This document shows, piece after piece, positions 19,422-29,367 of a DNA stretch of 64,000 nt. The stretch comes from Bradymonadales bacterium (lineage in GTDB: Bacteria; Myxococcota_A; Bradymonadia; UBA4248). The position numbers were made by a program, and so were the translations under genes. Location: NCBI GenBank assembly GCA_041656175.1, contig JBBAEA010000002.1, positions 3,697-67,696 of the forward strand. The letters are read 5' to 3'. How positions within the stretch are numbered: position 1 is the stretch's first letter; each line of letters opens with the position of its first letter. The notes under the pieces are model-generated. The model was not told the origin of the DNA. It saw only the letters and a program-made list of their open reading frames with translations, and searched no databases.

Positions 19422-20806
19422 CTACAGATCCGTGATCCGTCCTAAAAATATCAGCGCCTTGGATTTGGTGTCGACAATGGCAAAGAGGAAGGGTCTATCG
19501 ACAATAAATTTGATGATTTCGCGAGCTTTTTCAATATCGCTCTTAGCGGTTCGCGGTTTATTGAGCACAACGGCGGTGGCCGCCGCCGCTTCGGCGCCAG
19601 CTTCATCAATTTCGACAAAGGCTTTATGAAAGATGTTACTGATGTAGAGCTCTTTTTTTCCAGTCATGCCGCTAAAAATCGGCGGCAGCATCCGAGAATG
19701 CCAATAGTGCGCCAAGTGTCTCAAGCATTCCTTTGCCATCAACCTTCAATTCTTGGCGAAACTTTGGCAAAGCCAGTTTCACGAAGCGCATTTGCTTCCT
19801 ATTGAGCATCATGCGGAAGTCTTCAGCCTTTAGCTCATCTTCGAGGTTTGCGAGTGCATAGCCCTCATTCGGTAGAACAAGCAACATGGACAGTGGAGAA
19901 TTCTTGTAGTAAAGGGTAAGTGCCTTGTAGTTCCTCCCAATAAAGACTTCCATGTTGTCGAGCCTGTGCATGGTCGGAACCTTTTTTTTGTTGCGCAGAC
20001 CTTTGAAGCTCTCGTTGCGGGTCTCTGACTTCTTAAACGGTATCTCCCACGGTGCTTTGAGGTAGATCGCGTTGACCAAAACCATGCGTGTGTATTCATC
20101 AATACTTCCGCTAGGCAAGAGACCTTGGATTTTGTTACTCGTCTTTTCGGCCACCCAACGATTGATCTTTTGGCGACTAGGCTCTGGGGCAGCTTCGAAA
20201 TCAAGGGGTTCAATGGCGATGCGGTAGTTTGCTTTGAGTCCCTCCATGAATTCAGGCAAAAAGGAGTAGCGTTTGGCGGGATAAATCTTATTGGCAATGC
20301 GCAGCAGAACCCCCTTAGCGGGTGCATCAAAGATACTTTTTTCAATCTGGAGACTAAGCGCATCCCTGTTGGCGCTATCCCGCTCAAAACCCATGGTTGT
20401 TAAGCAGTTCTGCGCGTGTCTCTCCCCGAGCTCCCGTAATCGTCATGCCCATGGCACGCTCAAAGGAATAGGGCGAGAAGACGACATTTTTCCCTGCGGG
20501 AAAAGTCTTAAGCGCTTGCCAAGCAAAGCGATTATTGGCATCAACCCACTCATCGATAGAGCCATCAAGCAAATGAGCTTCAGCCGAAGGCTCCTCAACA
20601 GCCTGCTGAGCTACGTCGTCTTTGTCTTTTTCCTCTACTTCTTCTTTTACTTCGTCTTTGGCTGCTCCCTGTGCAGAATCAATGGAATTATTGCCGGTTG
20701 CAGGCTGTTCTGCCTTGGGTTGGCAGGCAAAAAACCATAGAGAACACAAAAGGGATAAGCACAAAATGAAATAGTATCGCTGCATATTCACTCCTAAAGC
20801 TAGCAC
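19422..20806 (-). pseudogene. Serpin (serine protease inhibitor) lipoprotein gene split into three overlapping frames by two frameshifts
   Basis: ORFs 20384..20806, 19672..20394 and 19422..19742 together give a full serpin. There is a signal/lipobox N-terminus, the hinge EIDEAGAEAAAATAV and the C-terminus FLFAIVD...LFLGRITDL. Frame breaks lie at a T4 run (~20390) and a T5 run (~19693). Confidence 0.6.
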
Positions 20807-20928
20807 ACAAAACCGTCGATTAATGATCGCCTATTGATTGCGTTGTAGTCCAGTAGTAACGCCTTAGCCAAATTGTCGATTGGGATGGCGCATTTAGCGA
20901 CGTGTTTTGCACTTATGGCTTCCAGCTT

Positions 20929-21076
20929 TGGGGGTAGCGCGGGATCGCTGAGCAAAAGACGCTACAAGCGCACAAAATGCGATGGATGCGCGATTAGCAA
21001 ATACATCGCATTTTGTATTGCGCTTGTTGTCGAATTTTGCGAAGAAGCCCGCGCGTAGGGGGCTGCGCCCCCACAA
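20929..21076 (-). repeat. Family-1 structured element, copy 1d (inverted)
   Basis: GGGGGTAGCGCGGGATCGCTGAGC...CGCGCGTAGGGGGCTGCGCCCCCAC. Confidence 0.8.
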
Positions 21077-21204
21077 AAAAATGAAAATGATGCCACCGCT
21101 AATTTCTATTGTAGCAAAACCTTGTACAAGGGCTAAGGATTTCATACAATCGTGGTGTTTTTCGGATGCCGTGGAGGCGTTCTGCTATACAATATAATGA
21201 GGTC

Positions 21205-22332
21205 AAGATGGCTGGACTTTCGCTTAAAAAGATCGTGAAGCGCTATGGGAATCAGGAACCTACGCTGCGGGGGATTGATTTAGAGATTCGTGATGGGGAG
21301 TTTTTGGTGCTGGTAGGGCCGAGTGGTTGTGGCAAGTCGACGCTGCTGCGTACGATTGCGGGGCTGGAGTCGATTACGGATGGGGAGCTGCGGATTGGGG
21401 AGCGCGTGGTCAATCAGGTTGCGCCTAAGGATCGCGATATTGCGATGGTGTTTCAGAGCTATGCGCTGTATCCGCATATGACAATTCGGCGCAATATGAG
21501 TTTTGGCTTGGAGGTGCGGCGCGAACCGAAGGAAAAGATTGAGGCGCTTGTGAATGATGCCGCGCAGATGCTGGGCTTGGTGGAGCATTTGGACAAGTTG
21601 CCCAAGATGCTTTCGGGGGGGCAGCGACAGCGAGTGGCGATGGGACGGGCGATTGTGCGCCGGCCAAAAGCGTTTCTTTTTGATGAGCCCTTGAGCAATC
21701 TTGATGCGGCGCTGCGAACGCAAATGCGCGTTGAAATTAGGCGCTTGCATCGCAAGCTTAAAACGACAATTATTTACGTAACGCATGATCAAATCGAGGC
21801 GATGACGCTGGCGGATCGTATCGCGGTTTTGGAGGGGGGGCATTTGCAGCAGGTGGGAACGCCGCTTGAGCTATTTTTAACGCCAAATAATAAGTTCGTT
21901 GCGGGTTTCATTGGAAGCCCGGCGATGAATTTTGTGCCAGCGACGGTTTTTGTTAAAGAGCAACGCGCCTTTGTTCGTATCAATGCGAAGTCTTCTATTG
22001 AACTCGGGGAATCTGTAGCGAGCAAGGTCGAGGATGATCAAGATGTTATTTTGGGCATTCGCCCGCAAGATGTGGTGTTGGGCAACGAAACGCACCCTGT
22101 AAATTTGTATGTCAAGGTCGATGTTGTTGAAACTCTAGGTTGGGAGAGCCATGTGCACTTTAGGCTAGGGGATGCGCCGTTTTTGGCGGTGCTGGAGGCG
22201 CAGTCGGCCGCAGCGTTTAAGGTCGATGAGGAGATTGGTCTGCACGTCCCGACTTCGGCGGTTCACTTGTTTAACACCGAAACCCACGTCGCGATTGCTC
22301 ATGGAGACGTGGCTGAGCCAGAGGATGCGTAA
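21205..22332 (+). CDS. Sugar ABC transporter ATP-binding protein (MalK/UgpC type)
   Basis: Walker A GPSGCGKST. LSGGQRQR signature. Walker B LFDEPLSNLD. C-terminal TOBE-like regulatory domain. Confidence 0.85.
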   Translation, partial: KMAGLSLKKIVKRYGNQEPTLRGIDLEIRDGEFLVLVGPSGCGKSTLLRTIAGLESITDGELRIGERVVNQVAPKDRDIAMVFQSYALYPHMTIRRNMSFGLEVRREPKEKIEALVNDAAQMLGLVEHLDKLPKMLSGGQRQRVAMGRAIVRRPKAFLFDEPLSNLDAALRTQMRVEIRRLHRKLKTTIIYVTHDQIEAMTLADRIAVLEGGHLQQVGTPLELFLTPNNKFVAGFIGSPAMNFVPATVFVKEQRAFVRINAKSSIELGESVASKVEDDQDVILGIRPQDVVLGNETHPVNLYVKVDVVETLGWESHVHFRLGDAPFLAVLEAQSAAAFKVDEEIGLHVPTSAVHLFNTETHVAIAHGDVAEPEDA

Positions 22333-22376
22333 AGCGTCTTATTCGTTGGATGCTCATGTAACTTTTACACCAAGGA

Positions 22377-24956
22377 GTGATAATGACGAGTAAACGATAC
22401 GCATTATTTGAATTTGCCCCATCGTTTCGCGTGGGTACTTCGATATTTTTGATATGGCTGTTTAGCCTTTGTTTTGGATTTTTTGGCTGCGACGCAGCTA
22501 CGCCAGAGCCAGGCGAGGAACAGGGCGAGGATTTGCAGCGCGTGAGTGCGAAGGGGGCGGCCGATGTGACACTTTGGCACGCCTACCGCGGCGACGAACA
22601 GCTTGCGCTTGATGGCGCTGTTGAAGAGTTCCGAAAACTGCACCCCACATGGAAAATCGACGTTTTACCAGTCGCTGATGAGTCCTATGCCAATAAGCTC
22701 TTTACGGCGATTCCGCGGGGAAGCGGGCCCGACGTGTTTATTGCCGCCCATGACAATATTGGCTCCTGGGCCAACAACCAAATCATTGCCGATGTCGACG
22801 CGTATTTTGGCGCCGATGAACGCAAACTCTTCCACCCCCTAACGGTAGATGCGCTGCTCTATCAGCGAGAGTTGACGACGGCTGAGCGCGAACAACGAGG
22901 GCAAAAACTCGATGAAGAGCGCATTTATGCCATGCCTTTGGCCTATAAGAGCCCTGTACTATTTTACAATAAAGATCTTGTTTCTACGCCACCAAGCGAT
23001 ACGAACGAGCTTTACGCGATCATGCAAAAGCTCACCGATACGGTGTCGCAGCGCTACGGCTTTGTGTATGAGAACACGAATCTCTTCTTTCACGCGGCGT
23101 GGTTAAACGGTTTTGGTGGCACCTTATTTAATGAGGCGGGCAATGTCGAGATTGCCACCGAAAACAACGCGGCGAGCTTTGAGTTCGCGGCTAAACTCAA
23201 CGCGTACATGCCCGCTGGCGTGGATGGTGCGCGAATAGGTAAGCTCTTTAATGATGGCACGGCTGCGATGGTTATTAGTGGTCCGTGGTTTATGGCGGAA
23301 CTGCGAGAAGATCTCAACTACGGTGTAGCGACGATGCCGCTCATCAACGAGTCTGGAAACTTTGCTGCACCCTTTGTAACGGCTGAGGGAATATTTTTAT
23401 CAAAATACGCCAAAGACAAAAAATCGACGGAGCAAATTCAAAAATCTGTCGAGCTCATGCAATTTATCGCGAAAGATTCTGCGTATCGCCGACTAATCGA
23501 CGGCAAGCAGATGGTTGCCTACCTCGACGCCTACGAGCAACTCAAAGGCGATAACGACGAAAAGGCCGCTTTCATGAAAAGCGTGGCACCGACGTTTTTG
23601 GCACAGCTTGAGCATGCCTACCCCACAAGTTCTCGCCCTGAGATGGGTTCGTTGTGGGCTAGCATGCGCCAGGCGCTGCAAAAATCTTTGTTCGGCGGAC
23701 CCTCGGGCGAAACGCCATATTGGTTGTTTTTGCTCATTTCGGTCTTTGTAGCCGCTCTACTTCTTTTGTCTAAGGCGACAAACCCGAGTCTAAACACCAA
23801 GCGAAGTCAACAATTATACGTTGCGGGTTCTATCCTATCGTTTGTGGCGCTCATTCCCATTATTTGGCGCATCGCGTCTATTCAAGGAGTGAACCGCCAG
23901 GTCGAACCGATGAAGGCGTTGATGGAAGCGCAAAATCGTTTCTTGCAACTCAAAGCGCCAGCGATGGAGGCGGCAAACCCTGGTCCCTTCCTGGCCGTCG
24001 TTTGCGGAATTTTGCTCATCATCATGATCCTCAGCATCAAAGCGTATAAGCGCCACAAGGCCAAAAACATCGAATACACGGATAACAAAGTGGCGGCTGC
24101 TTTCGTGGCACCAGCCATCATCGGCATGATCGTTTTGGTTATTACGCCCTTTACCGTGGGTGCTGCGCTATCCTTTTTTAGCTACCAAAACGGCGAGTTT
24201 ATTTTCGTGGGTGCCCAAAACTTCGTGCGGCTATTTTCGACGCAACAGGCATCATTTACAGATTCGCTCTCGTTTTACTTCACGCTTGTGGTTACCGTTT
24301 TGTGGACGGTGGTGAACGTTTCATTGCACGTTTGCTTCGGTATTATATTGGCACTGCTACTACGCGATCCTTGGCTGAAACTCAAAGGGATGTACCGTGT
24401 ATTATTCATCATTCCGTGGGCAATGCCGAACTATATTACGGCGCTTATTTGGCGCGGCATGTTTGATACGTCGTTTGGCGCTATCAACGGAATTTTAGTT
24501 TCGCTTGGCCTAAACCGCGTCGAGTGGTTTAACGAGTTTTTAACCTCGTTTTCTGCCAACCTTATTACCAACACTTGGCTGGGCTTCCCCTTCATGATGG
24601 TGGTAACGTTGGGCGCGCTACAAGCGATCCCCCGAGATCTCGAAGATGCCGCCTCCGTCGACGGTGCAAACGCCATACAGCGCTTCCGAAACGTCACCTT
24701 CCCGCTGCTCAAACCAGCGCTTATGCCCGCGGTTATTTTGGGCTCGGTTTGGACCTTCAACGCCTTTAACATCATTTACTTAGTGAGCATGGGAAACCCC
24801 GATGGCTCAACCGAAATATTGGTTTCCGAGGCGTATAAGTGGGCCTTTGAGCGCCAGTTCCAATACGGTTACGCTGCCGCCTACGCCATGGTCGTATTCT
24901 TTATCCTAGTCGTATACTCTAAGTTGACGCAACTCGTTTTGGAGGACAAACAATGA
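22377..24956 (+). CDS. Fusion protein: periplasmic sugar-binding lipoprotein (SBP family 1, MalE-like) joined to a MalF-type ABC permease
   Basis: 859 aa. Lipobox FFGC. About 440 aa of SBP fold (WHAY..DVFIAAHDNIGSW). Then 6 or more TM segments carrying the EAA loop EDAASVDGANAIQRFRNVTFP. Confidence 0.75.
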   Translation: MIMTSKRYALFEFAPSFRVGTSIFLIWLFSLCFGFFGCDAATPEPGEEQGEDLQRVSAKGAADVTLWHAYRGDEQLALDGAVEEFRKLHPTWKIDVLPVADESYANKLFTAIPRGSGPDVFIAAHDNIGSWANNQIIADVDAYFGADERKLFHPLTVDALLYQRELTTAEREQRGQKLDEERIYAMPLAYKSPVLFYNKDLVSTPPSDTNELYAIMQKLTDTVSQRYGFVYENTNLFFHAAWLNGFGGTLFNEAGNVEIATENNAASFEFAAKLNAYMPAGVDGARIGKLFNDGTAAMVISGPWFMAELREDLNYGVATMPLINESGNFAAPFVTAEGIFLSKYAKDKKSTEQIQKSVELMQFIAKDSAYRRLIDGKQMVAYLDAYEQLKGDNDEKAAFMKSVAPTFLAQLEHAYPTSSRPEMGSLWASMRQALQKSLFGGPSGETPYWLFLLISVFVAALLLLSKATNPSLNTKRSQQLYVAGSILSFVALIPIIWRIASIQGVNRQVEPMKALMEAQNRFLQLKAPAMEAANPGPFLAVVCGILLIIMILSIKAYKRHKAKNIEYTDNKVAAAFVAPAIIGMIVLVITPFTVGAALSFFSYQNGEFIFVGAQNFVRLFSTQQASFTDSLSFYFTLVVTVLWTVVNVSLHVCFGIILALLLRDPWLKLKGMYRVLFIIPWAMPNYITALIWRGMFDTSFGAINGILVSLGLNRVEWFNEFLTSFSANLITNTWLGFPFMMVVTLGALQAIPRDLEDAASVDGANAIQRFRNVTFPLLKPALMPAVILGSVWTFNAFNIIYLVSMGNPDGSTEILVSEAYKWAFERQFQYGYAAAYAMVVFFILVVYSKLTQLVLEDKQ

Positions 24957-25855
24957 GTAAAGCCAGCAAAAAACAATGGGTAGACCGCCCAGTGAGCATC
25001 AGTCGTGGGCGCGCCATGCTCAAAGGTGGCTTAACACACTTGGCGCTCAGCATTGCCGCCTTCATCGTCATTTACCCCGTACTCTGGGTCGTCAAAATGG
25101 CGCTCACCCCAAACCGCGAGGCAGGGCTCGATCCCAACCCCTTTATCGACCCTAGCAAAGCATCACTAGAAAACTTCGAGTACGTCCTTTTCCGAACGGA
25201 TGTCGCTGGAAACTCACTTTTCGCGCACCAACTTTTTAATTCTATTGTCATCGCCGCATTAACTACCATTATCGGCGTTGTCTTAGCCTGCACCGCCGCA
25301 TACGGCTTTAGTCGCCTCAAATTCATTGGCCGCGAAGTTGGCCTCCAAGGCTTCCTCGTCACGCAAATGTTCCCAGGCGTAGTCATGGCCATCCCTCTCT
25401 ACATCCTACTGGGCAAACTCGGCCTGCTCAACTCCATCGTCGGCCTTGTACTCGTCTACTCCGTTTCGGCGCTCCCTTTCTGCGTCTGGAACCTTAAGGG
25501 CTATTTCGACACCATACCCAAAGAACTCGAAGAAGCCGCCATTGTCGACGGCGCCTCGCGACTCAAAATCTTTACCACCATCGTCTTGCCCCTCGCGCGC
25601 CCCGCTATCGCCATCACCGCCCTATTCTCCTTCATGACCGCGTGGAACGAATTTATCCTCGCCGCAACCCTCATGAACAAAGAACTCGCCTACACCCTGC
25701 CCGTCGCCCTCAAACAATTCGTCGGCGCCCAGTCCGCCGACTACGGCTACTTCGCCGCGGGTGCCATACTCGTATCCATCCCCATCATGGCGCTGTTCTT
25801 TGCCTTGCAAAAAAACTTGGTCGGTGGCCTTACTGCCGGCGGCGTCAAAGGTTAA
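24953..25855 (+). CDS. Sugar ABC transporter permease (MalG/UgpE type)
   Basis: 300 aa. EAA motif EEAAIVDGASRLKIFTTIVLP. Overlaps the upstream gene by 4 bp. Confidence 0.85.
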   Translation: MSKASKKQWVDRPVSISRGRAMLKGGLTHLALSIAAFIVIYPVLWVVKMALTPNREAGLDPNPFIDPSKASLENFEYVLFRTDVAGNSLFAHQLFNSIVIAALTTIIGVVLACTAAYGFSRLKFIGREVGLQGFLVTQMFPGVVMAIPLYILLGKLGLLNSIVGLVLVYSVSALPFCVWNLKGYFDTIPKELEEAAIVDGASRLKIFTTIVLPLARPAIAITALFSFMTAWNEFILAATLMNKELAYTLPVALKQFVGAQSADYGYFAAGAILVSIPIMALFFALQKNLVGGLTAGGVKG

Positions 25856-25877
25856 GCCGCGTATTTTTTTGATTTCC

Positions 25878-26031
25878 TTGTGGGGGGCTAAAGCCCCCCT
25901 ACGCGCGGGCTTCTTCGCAAAATTCGACAATTCGCGCATCATTTTGTGCAACGTTTCGACTATTCGTCGAACCATTGCACAAAATGCGCTCATTGCGCCT
26001 TTTGCTCAGCGATCCCGCGCTACCCCCCCCC
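25878..26031 (+). repeat. Family-1 structured element, copy 1e
   Basis: TTGTGGGGGGCTAAAGCCCCCCTACGCGCGGGCTTCTTCG ... GATCCCGCGCTACCCCCCCC. Confidence 0.8.
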
Positions 26032-26087
26032 AGCTTTAACGCAAAACACCATGCTCCCCCATGCAAAGCGTGAGACCTTTGCACGGC

Positions 26088-26500
26088 CTTTCGTGTTTTT
26101 CGTGGTAAAAATGCTGTTCGTGGCATTCGTGGTTCATAATTTAAAGACACGAAAGGCACGGAAGACCATAACAAATCAAGCTGGTTCTGAAAGAATAAAA
26201 AATCTTCTCGTGTGTTTTCGAGTTTTTCGTGGTTCATAATTTAAAGACACGAAAGGCACGAAAGACCATAACAAATCAAGCTGGTTCTGTAAGAATAAAA
26301 AACTTTTCGTGTGTTTTCGTGTTTTTCGTGGTTCAAAATTTAAAGACACGAAAGGCACGAAAGACCATAACAAATCAAGCTGGTTCTGTAAGAATAAAAA
26401 ACTTTTCGTGTGTTTTCGTGTTTTTCGTGGCAAAAAAATCTTTTCGTGTGTTTTCGTGTTTTTCGTGGTAAAAAAGCTTTCGTGGTAAAAAATCTGTTCG
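26088..26500 (+). repeat. Tandem array A: 3 units of about 100 bp plus 2-3 units of about 38 bp. Each long unit is an imperfect hairpin built from CACGAAA/TTTCGTG heptamers
   Basis: Unit starts at 26126, 26226 and 26325 are near-identical. TTTCGTGG(C/T)AAAAAA recurs. Directly preceded by an orphan family-3 left TIR, GAGACCTTTGCACGGC at 26072-26087. Confidence 0.85.
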
Positions 26501-26632
26501 CGCTTATAAACATAAGGTTATGATGGAAAAAATACGAAGCCTTGCTTCTACCTTCAAAATTTGTCACCACGCCCCTGCTCTCATAAACTTTGCATCAACG
26601 GCGCTTATGGGTGTTAGCGCGTTTCAGGGAGG

Positions 26633-27130
26633 ATGGAAATGCAAGGTCTTCGGGTTGTATTTGTTGCCATTGATAGCATTATCTCGATGGATGAAAAGTT
26701 TGGGAAGTGGCGCATAAATAAAGAGTTAATACAATCTTTGCGCTACCAATCACGTTTTGGTTACGCTGTCGTTGCGCTTTTTTCGCCGCGTATGCATGGA
26801 TTGTTACTCGAGGATGCAGCGGAGTGCGAGGAAGCGCTAAACTATTTGCAGCTTGTACTTAAATCGGCACGCTGCCCCGCGTTTACAGAGAATATTGTTC
26901 TTGATGAAGAACATAGCCCTGAGAATTTGCGCTCGTTCATGGCCTTACACCGCGTAAACACCGAAGGTTCAATGCTTTTTGGCGCTCCCGAATACGAAGC
27001 ACTCGCCAAAGCCCTAGACCTTGCCTATGGAACAGCCAAAGATACGCCAAAGAAAGCGCTTAGCCGCCCCTCCTTTAGGCAAGCGCTTGTACAGCGGTTG
27101 CAAACTGCCCTACATGCGATATGCTTATAA
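26633..27130 (+). CDS. Hypothetical protein
   Basis: 165-aa ORF. No recognisable family. Start ambiguous: the overlapping ORF at 26520 is probably spurious. Confidence 0.35.
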   Translation: MEMQGLRVVFVAIDSIISMDEKFGKWRINKELIQSLRYQSRFGYAVVALFSPRMHGLLLEDAAECEEALNYLQLVLKSARCPAFTENIVLDEEHSPENLRSFMALHRVNTEGSMLFGAPEYEALAKALDLAYGTAKDTPKKALSRPSFRQALVQRLQTALHAICL

Positions 27131-27229
27131 CTAGCGTCCTGAGTGACAAATCGGTGACGTTGTACAAAAAATACCTAGTCTAAGAATCTAGCTTTAGCTT
27201 GCTCTGAACAATGTGAAAATTGCACAATT

Positions 27230-27384
27230 GTAGGGGCTGGTTTCAAAGCTGCCCTTGTTTAAAACAACGAAAGTCAGGCTTGTTTTCAAAATAAAAGTCA
27301 ATAAAATCAATGCCCTACACACAAAAACGGGTTCCAAGGGCGCTAGCCTTTGGACGGGGTTTGGGGCGGTAGCCCCAATAATCA
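27230..27384 (+). repeat. Family-4 element, copy 4a: GC hairpin followed by a conserved 3' module
   Basis: GTAGGGGCTGGTTTCAAAGCTGCCCTTG...AATAAAATCAATGC...GGGTTCCAAGGGCGCTAGCCTTTGGACGGGGTTTGGGGCGGTAGCCCCAATAATCA. About 80% identical to copy 4b. Confidence 0.7.
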
Positions 27385-27458
27385 GAGTTTCCTTAGGGGA
27401 GCTAGCGTTGTACAATGATGAAAGAGTAAAGCCAAGAAAGAGTCATTAAGTTATTAGC

Positions 27459-29264
27459 ATGAAGAATGTTCATTTACGATCGCAGCGCGTCGCTCTGCTA
27501 AAACGAAAAAAAGAGCAGCGTCGCCTACTCACTTTGCAGCAAGATATCGCTTGGTCTAATGTCGAAAATGCGTCGGACTACGAGGACGCGCCTAACGATA
27601 GTTACGTTTTGCTTGAGCGACTCAGTGCCGAAAAATTTAAAGTTTTACGCCTTGCTAAACCTGGTAGTGTCTTACACGAAGTGTACGCTATAGCCGAGAA
27701 GAACGCGTTAGATTTTTCTTTTCCCGAAAAAGTTGAAGACGAACTTGCGGCGATTTTATCGCAGCCAACGTCCTTCGATAGACTGAGCGATTACAGCCAC
27801 CTCCCCTTTGTGACAATAGACGGCGAAGGGACGATGGACTTGGATCAGGCTTTGTATGTGGAGCGGGCAAAGGATAGTGACTATAAAATCGAGAACGATT
27901 GTGTTTACGTCGTGTGGTATGCCATCGCGGATCCATCGCATTTTATTCGTTATGGCTCCGCGCTGTATGAAGAAGCACTGCAACGCGGTGCAAGCATATA
28001 TTTCGCAGGTTTTAGCGCGCCAATGCTTCCAAGGGCGCTATCTACGGGTTTGATTTCGCTTAATGAAGGCGTCGATAGGCGCGCGCTACTCTTTATTATG
28101 CAGATCAATGAAGAGGGAAAATGCATAAAAACAGAATTGCTTCGCTCTAAAATTCGTAGTGTCGCTAAATTATCGAACGAAGAAGTCTCGCAATACTACA
28201 AATCTCCGCAGAATCATCGTTTAGCAAAACAGAGCTTTACGCCCAGTTTACTAGCGTTTAAAGAGGTAGCGCTCTTGCGGGTTAAAGAGGCAAGAACGCG
28301 TAACGTCGTGCACTTTAACCGCGTTAGCCTAGATGTTTCTCTGGATGTTGACCGTGATCGCTTCGTTTTAGGTTTTGATGAGCGTGATGAAGTATCATTA
28401 TATAATGAGCAACTTTCGCTGCTCTGCAACATGGAAGGCGCAAAGTTTCTCCTCCAACAACAATCTCGCGATCCCGACATACTCGCCATCTTCAGGAACC
28501 ACGAAGCGCCGAGTCAAGAGAGTTTGCTTGAATTAGAGCAGAGCATTGCGGCGCTTTGCGACGTTCACCAGCTTAGCGACGTTTGGCGCTGGGAACGCAC
28601 GAAGCAAAGCTTGTCCGATTACCTCGATGCACTGCCTAATTCCACCACTAAACATGAGCGCTACTATCGTTTGCGCCAAGCCATTGAGCGACAAATTCTG
28701 ATGATGCAGCGCCGTAGCGTGTTTTCGCCTGCTGCTGGCCTGCATTCTGCGCTGGGTGTAAATCCTTATGCCAGATTTTCGGCGCCTATGCGCGAGATCG
28801 TGGGTATTTTCACGCACAGAGAGGCGATAGAAGGGCTACATATTAGTCCGTATGGGCTTAGCATCGAAGAAAATTCAAAGCTAAGGACGCGTGTTATCGA
28901 AGCTGCAAACCGTGCCAAGGACAAGCAAAGTCGCATATCTAAGGCCATCGATAGCGCGGCGATCGCGCGTGCGATTAGCCGCGACTACAAGATCCCAAAA
29001 GCGCAGCGCCCCGTTCGCGTGGGCACGATTATGGGAATGAAGTCAAGCGCGCTTTACGTCCGGCTAGACTCCCCCCCGATTGAGCTTAAAGTCTACATTA
29101 AAGACATCATCGAAGAGCAGAAACAAAATTATATACTCAACGAGGCTAAAACTGTGCTACAGAGCGAGGATGGGCGCGTTCGCTACGTTGTTGGCCAATC
29201 CATTGGGCTACGCGTTCATAGCTATAACGCCAAGAAAAACAAGTGGTCGGTGCTTCCCGCGTAA
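27459..29264 (+). CDS. rnb: RNB-domain 3'-5' exoribonuclease (RNase II/R family)
   Basis: 601 aa. PFVTIDGEGTMDLDQALYVE matches the RNB active-site region (TIDP.DA.DFDDA type). Confidence 0.7.
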   Translation: MKNVHLRSQRVALLKRKKEQRRLLTLQQDIAWSNVENASDYEDAPNDSYVLLERLSAEKFKVLRLAKPGSVLHEVYAIAEKNALDFSFPEKVEDELAAILSQPTSFDRLSDYSHLPFVTIDGEGTMDLDQALYVERAKDSDYKIENDCVYVVWYAIADPSHFIRYGSALYEEALQRGASIYFAGFSAPMLPRALSTGLISLNEGVDRRALLFIMQINEEGKCIKTELLRSKIRSVAKLSNEEVSQYYKSPQNHRLAKQSFTPSLLAFKEVALLRVKEARTRNVVHFNRVSLDVSLDVDRDRFVLGFDERDEVSLYNEQLSLLCNMEGAKFLLQQQSRDPDILAIFRNHEAPSQESLLELEQSIAALCDVHQLSDVWRWERTKQSLSDYLDALPNSTTKHERYYRLRQAIERQILMMQRRSVFSPAAGLHSALGVNPYARFSAPMREIVGIFTHREAIEGLHISPYGLSIEENSKLRTRVIEAANRAKDKQSRISKAIDSAAIARAISRDYKIPKAQRPVRVGTIMGMKSSALYVRLDSPPIELKVYIKDIIEEQKQNYILNEAKTVLQSEDGRVRYVVGQSIGLRVHSYNAKKNKWSVLPA

Positions 29265-29367
29265 GCGTCACAATAGCCAAGTTCCAGCGCAATGCCTGCT
29301 TTGGCCGTGCAAAATATAGTATGGCTGCTTCTACGCGTTTTTGGCTTAAAAAAGTAACTGGCCCGTT

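Noticed and set aside
21280-22095. Long antisense ORFs inside the ABC ATPase gene (21280..21843, 21459..21755, 21425..21667, 21789..22025)
   Set aside because: The plus-strand frame carries perfect Walker A/B and signature motifs. The antisense frames are R/P-rich with no homology.
26176-26433. ORFs 26176..26433 (-), 26229..26471 (+), 38813..39034 (-), 38943..39215 (-) with internally repeated peptides
   Set aside because: Periodic protein sequence is only the translation of the tandem DNA arrays. Both strands are open, with low-complexity R/K/T-rich output.
26088-26500. CRISPR array hypothesis for the two tandem arrays (26.1 kb and 38.8 kb)
   Set aside because: Units are contiguous with no unique spacers. 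Repeat length is about 100 bp with a secondary 38-bp periodicity. No cas genes anywhere in the window.
26520-26717. ORF 26520..26717 (+) as an alternative upstream gene
   Set aside because: It overlaps the better ORF 26633..27130 out of frame. It is hydrophobic and low-complexity and starts at the edge of the tandem array, so it is probably spurious.
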